Below are positions 18,743-28,800 of a stretch of 64,000 bases of DNA, piece after piece. The stretch covers positions 14,012 to 78,011 of the forward strand of contig WRAW01000001.1 in assembly GCA_009780015.1 (NCBI GenBank). Reading direction: 5' to 3'. This stretch comes from Defluviitaleaceae bacterium. Lineage in GTDB: Bacteria > Bacillota > Clostridia > Lachnospirales > WRAA01. The number at the start of each line of letters is the position of its first letter. Within the stretch, counting starts at the first letter, position 1. Under the pieces are notes generated by a model. The model did no database searches, was not told where the DNA came from, and was given only the letters and a program-made list of their open reading frames with translations. Made by a program: the position numbers and the translations under genes.

Positions 18743-19919
18743 ATTCCGTATTATTTAACTCTTTGCTGATATATTCCAGAAGAGCGTTGGTATCGCTGAA
18801 AATTACCCCTCGCTGCGGTACATACAGTACCGATATGATTATAGAGCGTCCGTCTATCTCAGAATATGTAATCAGCGTATGCTGCGCGTCATTAGTAAAG
18901 CCTGTCTTGCCGCCCACTATCCATTCGTTGAAATCAGGATCGTCGTAGTGTATCATCCGATTGGTATTCCTCATGGGCCGGTAACTGTCACGGCTTTCGA
19001 TTGGCGGAAGGTACGCGCGGGGCGTGGCGATAATCTGATAATACACCGGATGCCGTACGGCTTCCCGCATAATCAGCGCCATATCGTATGACGTAGTGTA
19101 CTGATTTTCGCCGGGCAGGCCGCAAGGGTTCACAAAATGGGTATTCACGGCGCCCAGGGAATAAGCGCGGCGATTCATTTCATACACAAAATCCTCTACG
19201 CTACCGAACACGTGTTCCGCTAAAGCCCGAGCTGCCTCATTGCTCGAAGTCAGCATCAACGCATATAACGCGTCGATCACGGGAAGGGTATCCCCTGCCT
19301 GGATACTCATATGAAAGGCATACCCGGGCAGCGCCACCGAGTTATCCGAAAAAGTGACCGGCTCCGACAAATCCTCGATATTCTCCAATACCAGCAGAGC
19401 CGTCATGATCTTGGTTACGCTGGCCGGGTAACGCAGGGTATGCTGAGCGTCTTCATACAGCACATACCCCGTGTCCGCGTCCATGACCGTCACCGAACCG
19501 GCCATGTACATAGGCGCGCCCGGAGGCCGCACCGCCACAAAAGCAAGAAAATCCGAAGACATATAGCCATGAGCGCCGTTTATCTGCACTGAGTACCAGT
19601 CGCCGTCCCGAGTATCTGTCACTACCAGCAGAGTCCCTTGTGGCACCGTCTCGATGATTTCCGCTTCAGCCGAAGGTTCCGAGCGAAGCCGCAAGTTGTC
19701 GATAGTTCTGTAAACAGTCAGAGGTTCTTCCACGTCATTCTCGTCATCCGGCGTTACGTATGTATTCATCACAGGAACGGCATCCAAAGCCTGTACGTGT
19801 TCCACCAGCCTCAGAGGCGATTCCTGTTCAATATGTTCGCGCGGGCTTGCAGATGCAAAAGTCATGTAACCTGTTGCAATCACAATGCATACCATTATTA
19901 TCTTTCTTGATTTTTTCAT
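18741..19919 (-). CDS. D-alanyl-D-alanine carboxypeptidase (S11) with N-terminal SH3b-like domain
   Basis: Signal/anchor MKKSRKIIMVCIVIATG. The SH3-like segment is LRLRSEPSAEAEIIETVPQGTLLVVTDTRDGDWYSV. The SxxK motif is ASVTKIMTALLVLE. Confidence 0.85.
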   Translation of the reverse strand: MKKSRKIIMVCIVIATGYMTFASASPREHIEQESPLRLVEHVQALDAVPVMNTYVTPDDENDVEEPLTVYRTIDNLRLRSEPSAEAEIIETVPQGTLLVVTDTRDGDWYSVQINGAHGYMSSDFLAFVAVRPPGAPMYMAGSVTVMDADTGYVLYEDAQHTLRYPASVTKIMTALLVLENIEDLSEPVTFSDNSVALPGYAFHMSIQAGDTLPVIDALYALMLTSSNEAARALAEHVFGSVEDFVYEMNRRAYSLGAVNTHFVNPCGLPGENQYTTSYDMALIMREAVRHPVYYQIIATPRAYLPPIESRDSYRPMRNTNRMIHYDDPDFNEWIVGGKTGFTNDAQHTLITYSEIDGRSIIISVLYVPQRGVIFSDTNALLEYISKELNNTE

Positions 19920-20256
19920 TTAGCCCAACCTGCTTTCATAGCAAACGATAAATTTCGACAACCTATATTATGAAGTATAGCAAATTTTGACGGGGAAGGC
20001 AATATAATAATATGTTTGTAATACGTTAAATTATTTGATATTATTGAAATTAAGATATTAGCAAAGTGATGGAATTTTGGCCTCCTGTAGAACGTTTCGA
20101 GCAATAAACAATATACGAGTTTTAGTTCTGTAACATACATATTCTTTTTTTCGTAATTCAGTTGGCGCACCCTCCTGTGGCGGCGTTATGTCGGAGCTTC
20201 ATTTTTTTGGTAAAAACCTGTTAACCGTAAAATACTACAAGGAGATACCAACAACC

Positions 20257-20826
20257 ATGCCAACTCGAAAAGTGATTGCAATAGGCGCCTCAACCGGCGG
20301 TGTGGAAGCGCTCGGGCAGGTTCTCTCCGGCTTTCCGACGACGATACCGCCAGTGGTGCTGGTTATACATATGCCGCCGGGGTTTACGAAGCTGTTTGCC
20401 ACCAGGTTTAATGAAAAGTTTAAGATTTCAGTAAAGGAAGCGCAATCCGGGGATTATCTAACGAATGGCCAGGTATTGGTTGCGCCTGCCGGGAAACATA
20501 TGAAGGTAGTCATTCGTAATAGCAGATTAGCCGTAGAGTGCTATGTGGGGGAAAAGGTGCAGTATGTTATACCTTCCGCGGACGTGTTGTTTGAATCCGT
20601 GGCAAATGTACTGCGAGAAAAGGCCGTTGGAGTGATAATGACAGGCATGGGGGCGGACGGCGCCAGGGGTTTGTTGATGATGCGTGAGCATGGAGCCGCG
20701 ACAATAGGGCAGAACAGAGAGACATGCGCTATATACGGAATGCCAAAAGTAGCCAGAGAGATGGGAGCCGTAGACCATGAGGTTCCTCTAAATCAGATCG
20801 CCGATAGAATTTTATCATTGGTGTAG
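20257..20826 (+). CDS. CheB-type protein-glutamate methylesterase, catalytic domain only (no receiver domain)
   Basis: VIAIGASTGGVEAL, VLVIHMPPGF and TGMGADGARGL carry the Ser/His/Asp triad contexts. The ATG at 20257 follows AAGGAG. At about 190 aa there is no room for a REC domain. Confidence 0.8.
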   Translation: MPTRKVIAIGASTGGVEALGQVLSGFPTTIPPVVLVIHMPPGFTKLFATRFNEKFKISVKEAQSGDYLTNGQVLVAPAGKHMKVVIRNSRLAVECYVGEKVQYVIPSADVLFESVANVLREKAVGVIMTGMGADGARGLLMMREHGAATIGQNRETCAIYGMPKVAREMGAVDHEVPLNQIADRILSLV

Positions 20827-20869
20827 ACAACATGACACGCAATATTAAGCACCGTCAGGGGGTATACAT

Positions 20870-23590
20870 ATGGATAAAGCTGAAAAAACAGCGGAAATGA
20901 TAAACAATTTGCCGGGTATGATAACTCGGGGGCTTAACGATCCGCCGAACTTCACCCTCACCTTTGCAAGTGAAGGCTGTAAAGCGTTAACCGGATATAC
21001 CCCTGAAGAGCTTACGGGTACGGACGGGTTAAAGTTCTTGGATATAGTTCACCCTGAGGACGCTCAAGCGTTGGAAAAACTTCATGGGGTAACTCTGTCC
21101 GTGGGAATGCCTCTGGAAACCACCGTGCGGATTATAACGAAGGATGGCGAGGAAAAATGGACTTGGCTACGCAGCCGTATTGTTGATACCGATTCCAAGG
21201 GTATGCCTTATATAATTGAGGGATTTTACACCGATATAACAAATCTGATGAATACAGAAACCACCAAGCTTGTGAATCACGCGAAATCCCATTTTTTTGA
21301 AATGATGGGGAATGAGATACGCACGGCAGCAAACGCGGTACTCGGAATGGCCGAGCTCGGCCTTCGAGAGGACATGCCTGTTAAAGTCCGTGAATACACC
21401 CACATAATCAAGGAAGCCGGCGAAAAACTGGTCGCCGTGTTAAACAGCATATTGGATTACGCGAAGATAGAAAGCAATGAAATAAAAATTCACACGGAAA
21501 AGTACGCTCTTAACTACTTTGTTAATGACATGATAGACACCGTCAGCGCGCAGATATCCGGCAAGAACCTGAAATTCAAGGTGCATGTTGACAGCAAAAT
21601 ACCAAATGTATTGGTTGGGGACGCGGTAAGGCTGCGCCAAGTACTGCTGAATATTTTATCAAACGCCGTAAAGTTTACGGATAAAGGCTATGTATCCTTA
21701 TCAATCGATGGGGAGGAGCTTGACGGTACGGCAAATCTTACCATAACGATTTCAGATACCGGCAGAGGCATTAAGGAAGAAAACCTCAAAAATGTTTTCA
21801 AGGAATTTACCCAATTCGATATCAAAACTATTGAGGGTCTCGGGCTTGGCCTTGTAATTGCCGACAACCTGGTCAAATTAATGGGCGGGGAGATTCATGT
21901 CTCTTCTGTTTATGGAGTAGGCAGCATATTTGTCATTACGCTGCCCCAAATTATTCACAGCAGCGAACGTATATGCGCGGTTACCAACCCGGATGATAAG
22001 CATGTGTTAATTTTTGAAACTCGAGAAAGCTGCAAAGATTCTATCACGCAAACCTTGGACAATCTGGGCGTTGATTTCGAGGTTGTGTCAACGACTTCCG
22101 AATTTTATTCCGCCCTAATAAGCGGACGCTATCCATTTGCTTTTGCCGCGAATAAATTGTACGGCGAATTTAAGAAAGAATACCCGGATTTTAAGTCCGA
22201 CGCCAAGATAGTGTTAATCACGGAATTTGGAGAAGCAGCGGAAGAAAATGATTATGCCGGCATTCTGACCATGCCGATATTTTGCCTTCCCGTCGCCGAT
22301 ATCTTGAACGATGTCGACCGCAGCCGCCAAGGCTCAAATAAAATTAACTTTACGGCACCCGATGCAAGGGTTTTGATCGTTGACGACATCAGCGCAAACT
22401 TAGCGGTGGCGGAGGGGCTTTTACAGCCTTACAAAATGCATCTTGACACTTGCATAGGCGGAGCGGAAGCAATAGAGGCGGTAAAATCCAACAACTACGA
22501 CTTAATTTTAATGGATCATATGATGCCTGTAATGAATGGCGTGGAAGCCGCCTTATGTATAAGGGGGCTGGATGATAACTGCAGGACTGACTGCAAGAAT
22601 GTTCCTATAGTTGTGTTAACCGCCAACGCCATGTATGCATCCAGGGAAGCGATCCGTCAGAATGGTTTTGACGATTATCTGCCCAAGCCCATCGAAATGG
22701 TTAAGCTGCATGATATAATCGAGAAGTGGATACCAAGGGCAAAGCAAAGAAAACTATCTGAACCAATCGCTTCTGAAGCCGCCGCCGCTCCAGAGCCGAA
22801 TTTTGAGATTGCGGGCATTGACGTGAAAAAAGGCATCGCTATGACCGGCGGCAGTCTTGATACTTATTTGCAGGTTATTAAAACATATTACGAAAACAGC
22901 CGCAGTCTTCTGAGAGAATTAAGAGATCGTACGGAACAAGGCACTACGGAGCTATACGGTATACATGTACATGCGCTAAAGAGTGCTTCCGGCAGCATTG
23001 GCGCGGCCAATGTATCAAAAGCCGCCGGAGAGCTTGAGTTTGCGGCGGATCAGGGGGATATGGCGTTTATACAGGATAACAACCCTAAGTTCCTGGAAGA
23101 GCTGGAAAGGCTTTTAGACAATATTTATCTCGTTTTGTTTAAAGATACTGATAATCAGGACGTGAATACGGATATGCTTAAATCTGAAATACCCTCAGCA
23201 GAAAGACGGAAAATTTTGCTTATTGACGACTCGGACTCTTTTATCTTGATCCTGAACAATATTTTAAAGGACGACTATGAAACATTGATTTCGCTGGATG
23301 GCGAGGATGGGCTGGAAACTGCCAGGTTAACCATGCCGGACTTAATCCTTTTGGACATTGTGATGCCCGGTCTATCGGGCTATGATGTTCTGAAGGCGTT
23401 AAAAGCCGACAAAGCGCTTAAATCCATTCCTGTTATTTTAATCTCCGGCAAGGATTCTGATACAAGCAAGGCAAAAGGATATACACTGGGCGCGGCGGAC
23501 TATATCAAAAAACCTTTTGAAACAGACATAGTAAAAGATAAAGTGGATTCAATCATGCGATCCGTCTCTATGAAGGACAAATTAATATAA
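20870..23590 (+). CDS. hybrid sensor histidine kinase/response regulator (PAS-HisKA-HATPase-REC-Hpt-REC)
   Basis: The PAS region is at the N-terminus. The H-box is FFEMMGNEIRTAANAVLG. The HATPase region is ISDTGRGI..GLGLGLVIA. The first REC is VLIVDD..LILMDHMMP, the Hpt is HVHALKSASGSIGA, and the second REC is ILLIDD..LILLDIVMP. Confidence 0.9.
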   Translation: MDKAEKTAEMINNLPGMITRGLNDPPNFTLTFASEGCKALTGYTPEELTGTDGLKFLDIVHPEDAQALEKLHGVTLSVGMPLETTVRIITKDGEEKWTWLRSRIVDTDSKGMPYIIEGFYTDITNLMNTETTKLVNHAKSHFFEMMGNEIRTAANAVLGMAELGLREDMPVKVREYTHIIKEAGEKLVAVLNSILDYAKIESNEIKIHTEKYALNYFVNDMIDTVSAQISGKNLKFKVHVDSKIPNVLVGDAVRLRQVLLNILSNAVKFTDKGYVSLSIDGEELDGTANLTITISDTGRGIKEENLKNVFKEFTQFDIKTIEGLGLGLVIADNLVKLMGGEIHVSSVYGVGSIFVITLPQIIHSSERICAVTNPDDKHVLIFETRESCKDSITQTLDNLGVDFEVVSTTSEFYSALISGRYPFAFAANKLYGEFKKEYPDFKSDAKIVLITEFGEAAEENDYAGILTMPIFCLPVADILNDVDRSRQGSNKINFTAPDARVLIVDDISANLAVAEGLLQPYKMHLDTCIGGAEAIEAVKSNNYDLILMDHMMPVMNGVEAALCIRGLDDNCRTDCKNVPIVVLTANAMYASREAIRQNGFDDYLPKPIEMVKLHDIIEKWIPRAKQRKLSEPIASEAAAAPEPNFEIAGIDVKKGIAMTGGSLDTYLQVIKTYYENSRSLLRELRDRTEQGTTELYGIHVHALKSASGSIGAANVSKAAGELEFAADQGDMAFIQDNNPKFLEELERLLDNIYLVLFKDTDNQDVNTDMLKSEIPSAERRKILLIDDSDSFILILNNILKDDYETLISLDGEDGLETARLTMPDLILLDIVMPGLSGYDVLKALKADKALKSIPVILISGKDSDTSKAKGYTLGAADYIKKPFETDIVKDKVDSIMRSVSMKDKLI

Positions 23591-23624
23591 TAACATACTT
23601 TCAGAAAACTAGGAGGTATTATTA

Positions 23625-23702
23625 ATGAAAGTATCACAATTGGTTAAAATTTTGCTGATAGTGTTTGTGTTTTTGGCTGGTATAAACATTGTTTTTCTAT
23701 GA
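23625..23702 (+). other. orphan 25-codon ORF encoding the missing first transmembrane helix of the downstream MCP
   Basis: AGGAGG at 23611, ATG at 23625, [25 protein letters not shown], then TGA at 23700-23702. It is out of frame with the MCP ORF that starts at 23699. Confidence 0.7.
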
Positions 23703-25834
23703 TGTCGTCCCAAGCCAATAACAGGATGCAGGCTGCCGCGGATCAAAGGCTACAACTATATTTGGCCGTACAGGATTTACGAACCGCATCGGGAGATTTG
23801 ACCAGATGGGCCCGCGCATACTCAGTAACGGGGAATCCGCAGGAATACAGAGATTATTGGGATGAAATTTTTGTAGTGCAGCGCAGAGACCGCGCCGTAG
23901 CGACCTTTGAACAGTTGAACGCGCCCCAGTCTGAACGCGACTTGATACAGCAGGCTCTAAACCTTTCCAACACGCTTGCCCAATTGGAAGATCAAGCCTT
24001 TAACGCTGTAGCCGAAGGCGACATGGAAACAGCGGTAGCGCTGATGTTTGGGGATGCTTATGAGGCCGGCAGGCTGCCAATTATAAATACGCTTGACCAG
24101 TTATACAATGTTGTAATACAACGCACCGAACAGTATCAATATGACGCCAGAGCCGTCGCTACGCTTTATGAAACACTGACTGTTTCGTCCACGTTTTTAT
24201 TTGCGCTGTCGGGAATTATCGGCATAATCATCATACTACGGAAGATTACCCCGATTCATGTGCTGATGAAGCTGGTAAACGATGTCTCCGGCGGTAAAAT
24301 AAACGTGAATATCGACCGGTCAAACATTTCAAAAGATGAGATAGGTATGCTAACCCGCGACATTTGCGGATTGGTGGACGTCACAAGAAACATGGTGGAC
24401 GATTTGTCACGTATTCATAATGAGTTTAACAAACTCGGCAAAATTCATTACAGGATGGATGCTAATAAGTACGAAAACTCCTTTAAGGAAATGATCGAAA
24501 GTGTAAACAGTCTCTTAGATCAACAGGTTAAAGACATGATGGGAGTAATTGGCATGTTTAACCAGATCCGTCACGAGGATTTCAATTTAGAGATTGATGA
24601 TCTGCCGGGAGAAATGATGATTCTGCCGCAAACGCTCCGAGCTGTTACCGCGAACCTGCAAGGCGTCAACGCCGAGATAAATACAATGATAGAGGCGGCG
24701 GCAAAAAAGGGCGATCTGTCGTTCCACATTGATAAAATGAAGTACGAAGGCGGCTGGAGAGAAATTATGGAAGGCCTGAACAATTTCGGAGATGCCGTCA
24801 ACGCGCCTATCGTGGAAATAAGGGATGTAATGGACAATTTATCCCGCGGCAGATTTGAGAAAAAAGTAACCGGGAACTATCACGGCGACTTTCTGTCCAT
24901 ACAGAACGCGGTCAACAACACCATCAGCACATTGGAGGGCTATGTCACCGAAATTTCTGATACTTTGACGGCAATTTCTTCCGGCGATTTGAACCGTTCC
25001 ATAAAGCGCGATTATGTAGGCAATTTTTCAGAGATCAAGCTTTCGATCAACAGTATTTCTAAAAATTTACATAAATCTATGCCTGAAATTTCTATAGCCG
25101 CCCAGAATGTACTTGAGGGCGCGAATCAAATTTCAACAAACGCCATGGAGCTGGCCGACGGCTCTCACTCGCAGGCCGCTTCCCTGGAAGAACTGAATAC
25201 CTCTGTGGAGATGATTAATTTACAGACCAGGCAGTTTGCCAACAATGCCAGTGAAGCAAATCTGCTTTCCAACAAGTCCACCTCCAATGCTCATGAGGGT
25301 AATAAAGCCATGAAGCAAATGCTCGAGGCCATGACTCAGATAAAGGATTCCTCCGGCAGTATCTCCAGGATCATCAAAGTTATCCAGGACATATCCTTCC
25401 AGACCAACCTGCTGTCCCTAAACGCGGCGGTGGAAGCCGCCCGAGCGGGCGAACATGGTAAAGGCTTCAGCGTGGTAGCCGAGGAAGTCCGCAGCCTGGC
25501 TACCAGGAGTCAGGACGCCGCCGCGGAAACCACCGCACTTATTCAAGACTCTATTTCCAGGGTTGAGTCCGGCGTTTCTATAGCGCATACTACGTCGGAG
25601 TCACTGGACACCATTGTTACAAACGCAAGCGAAGTGCTTGAACTCATAAACAATATTACCAACGCCGCGAACCAGCAGGCGGAAATGATCTCCCAAATCA
25701 GCACGACTCTGCTGCATACCGCCACGACGGTGCAAAGCAACTCGAAATTTGCCCAAGACGCCGCGTCGACAGCACAGGAGCTTAACTCACAATCGGAAAT
25801 GCTTCAGCAAATGGTGGCGCGTTTCAAATTATAA
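23699..25834 (+). CDS. methyl-accepting chemotaxis protein (apparent frameshift at the 5' end)
   Basis: There is an N-terminal 4-helix-bundle-like sensor, one TM segment ([15 protein letters not shown]) and several HAMP-like segments. The signalling hairpin is [37 protein letters not shown]. Confidence 0.85.
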   Translation: MMSSQANNRMQAAADQRLQLYLAVQDLRTASGDLTRWARAYSVTGNPQEYRDYWDEIFVVQRRDRAVATFEQLNAPQSERDLIQQALNLSNTLAQLEDQAFNAVAEGDMETAVALMFGDAYEAGRLPIINTLDQLYNVVIQRTEQYQYDARAVATLYETLTVSSTFLFALSGIIGIIIILRKITPIHVLMKLVNDVSGGKINVNIDRSNISKDEIGMLTRDICGLVDVTRNMVDDLSRIHNEFNKLGKIHYRMDANKYENSFKEMIESVNSLLDQQVKDMMGVIGMFNQIRHEDFNLEIDDLPGEMMILPQTLRAVTANLQGVNAEINTMIEAAAKKGDLSFHIDKMKYEGGWREIMEGLNNFGDAVNAPIVEIRDVMDNLSRGRFEKKVTGNYHGDFLSIQNAVNNTISTLEGYVTEISDTLTAISSGDLNRSIKRDYVGNFSEIKLSINSISKNLHKSMPEISIAAQNVLEGANQISTNAMELADGSHSQAASLEELNTSVEMINLQTRQFANNASEANLLSNKSTSNAHEGNKAMKQMLEAMTQIKDSSGSISRIIKVIQDISFQTNLLSLNAAVEAARAGEHGKGFSVVAEEVRSLATRSQDAAAETTALIQDSISRVESGVSIAHTTSESLDTIVTNASEVLELINNITNAANQQAEMISQISTTLLHTATTVQSNSKFAQDAASTAQELNSQSEMLQQMVARFKL

Positions 25835-25852
25835 TCATACGCTGATTCCTTG

Positions 25853-25885
25853 CGCGCCCGTTCACACTTTCTATGAACGGGCGCG
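25853..25885 (+). terminator. hairpin after the MCP gene
   Basis: cgcgcccgttc-acactttctat-gaacgggcgcg. The T tract after it is poor (taattct). Confidence 0.5.
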
Positions 25886-25897
25886 TAATTCTGCGGC

Positions 25898-28800
25898 TTG
25901 GAACTTTTTCTCAGCATACACATTAATGAGGTGATGAAATTGGATCATGATGCTAATCAGCTACCTATTGAAAACCGGCTTAGAGAAGCCGAGGCAAGAT
26001 TACGTGAGGCGGAGGAACTGAACGAAATATTCCTTAACTCACTGCCTCTTATAATGAATATATGGGATGAGAATTATAAACTTATATCTACCAGTCAGCA
26101 AGCGGTGGAGCTGTTCGGGCTTTCCAATCAGGAACTGTATATTGAAAGATTCTTTGAGCTTTCTCCCGAGTATCAGCCATGTGGTGAACGTTCGCAGGAA
26201 AAAGCCTTGTACTATGTTAAGCAAGCGTTTCGTGAAGGCCGTGTGAAGTTCGAGTGGATGCATCAAAACTTATATGGGGAAGAACTGCCCGCAGAAATCG
26301 TCCTTGTACGCTTTGCGCGTTATGGCAAATACTTTGTTGCGGCGTACATCTTTGATTTGCGTACTATTAAAAAAGTTATTGAGAATGAGCACGAAGCCAA
26401 TGAAATAAACAGAATATTCATTGACACGTCACCTTTTGCAATGGGTATGCGGGATGAAAATTACAATCCCATATACTGCAACAGTCAATTGCTGGAATTG
26501 TTTGGACTTTCAAGCTATGATGAATATCGTAAGCGCTTCTTTGAGCTTTGCCCCGAACGCCAGCCATGTGGAACCCCTTCGGATCAAAAAGCCCTTGAGC
26601 ATATGAAAATTGCCATGGAAAAAGGTCGCCACCGTTTCGAGTTCGTGCACTATACGGCGGACGGCAAGCTGCTGCCCACAGATATTACGCTGATACGTAT
26701 CAAGCGTCAGGGCAAGAATATGCTTGCGGGATATATTATCGATTTACGCCCTCTGAGGCAAGCGGAAGAGGAAAGCCGGATTCTCTTTGATTCCTGCCCT
26801 ATGTTCATAGAAGTCTGGGACGATGAGTTTAATTTAATTGGATGCAGCCAGAAGGTTGTAGACTTCTTCGGCCTTGCCAATAAGGAAGAGTATATAAGCC
26901 GGTACGGCGAACTTTCACCAAAGTACCAGCCATGCGGCACACTATCGGTCGAAAAGGCCGTAATCCTGGCACGGAAAACCTTTGAAGAGGGTTATGTCCG
27001 CGACGAGTGGGTACACATAGATCAAATTACCGGCGAATTGTTTCCCGTAGAAATAACCATGGTACGGATTAGGCGCGGCGGCAGAGACGTCGCTGTAGGA
27101 TACAATCATGATCTGCGCCCCATTAAGGACGTCCTGGCAAAAATGCGTGAAGCAAATTCAAAGGCTCGTGAAGCGGAAGAACTGAACAAGTTGATACTTG
27201 ACGCCAGCCCCATGTGTATCGAGATGTGGGACGACCGGCAAAATATGATTTATTGTAACAATAAAGCCTTGAACGCAGCTAATGTCAATAGTTTTGAGGA
27301 TTACAGGGATCGGTTTGCGGAACTTATGATTCCCTGCCGGACGGACGGAACACCCTCTGAAAACAAGCTGTCCGATTTGCTGGACGAAGCGGCGCGGGAG
27401 GGATCCGCACAGTTTGAATGGACCCATAGGGACAAAGATGGCGCTCAGGTAACTTACGAAACTCACTTAGCCCGCATTACGCGTAACGGCCGAAATGAGA
27501 TAGTAGGCTATAGCCACGACATCAGCGAAATTAAAAGAGCGATAGCCGAGATACGCGAAGCCGACGAACGTACTGCGCTTATGTTTGACGCCACTCCCCT
27601 CTCCTGTATTATGGCAAAGCGGGTCACCACTGAAAACGGCAGCATAAGGTTTGCCGCCGTCGACTGCAATCAAGCCGCGGTTGATTTGTTTGACTTTTCC
27701 GGCAAAGAGGAAACCATAGCCCGGTTTCTTGATATTTTTCTGAAACCATCGGAAGATGAATCGATTTTAGACATGGCTTTTGAGGACGCGGCAATTGCGT
27801 TTGATAATGGTTTTCACCAATTTGAGTTTACACACAGGAATGTACACGGTGAGTATATCCCATGTAAAATCACCATGGTACGGGTAAATTATAAGGGCGA
27901 ACCTATGCTGGCCTGCTATCAGCATGATTTACGCCAGATCAAGGCGGCTATGTCAAAAGAGCGTGAAAGCTTTGAGCTTACACAAATAATTCTTGACTCC
28001 GCGCCCTTTATAATCAATATTTGGGACGACAATTATAACATTGTAAGTACAAACAAACGAGCCTTTGAACTGTACGGGTTTTCAGAACAAGATAAATACA
28101 TTAATGATTTTTTTAGTTTTTCGCCTGAGTACCAGCCTTGCGGCACGTATTCAAGAGAAAAAGGGATTAATTATCTTAAAGAAGCTTATCAATCAGGCCG
28201 CGCGCAATTCGAATGGGTACACCAATCGCTGGACGGCAAGCTGTTCCCCACGGAAATCACCCTTGTGCGCTCTAAGCACAAGGACGCTACGATTCTTCTT
28301 GAATACACAACCGATTTACGCAGAGTTAAAGCGGCAGAAGACCTTACGCGAAAATTGCTTGACAACGCGCCGATGTTTATGAAATTCTGGGACGCGAAAG
28401 GTAATTTATTGGATTGTAACAAAAGATTTCTGGATATTTTCAAGATAAAGAACAAGGCCGAATTTACAAAACGATTCTATGAATTCTCAGCGGCATATCA
28501 GCCTTGCGGCACGTCGCCGGAGGAAAAGAACATCGCGCTGATTAATTATGTCATACAGCAAGGCAGTTACAGCGCCGAGTGGACATTTGTCCTACCGAGC
28601 GGGGAGGAACTGCCGGTGAACGCCACCTGGGTGCATATTGTGCATAACGGCGAATCAATGATCTTAGTATACAGCCATGATTTACGCCCAATTAAAGCGG
28701 CAATAAAAAGGGAACGGGAATTGGAAACGAAATTGCGCGAACAGGAAATGAACAGACGCATCGAGCTTATGTTTGACGCGGCGCCCCTTATAATTACGTA

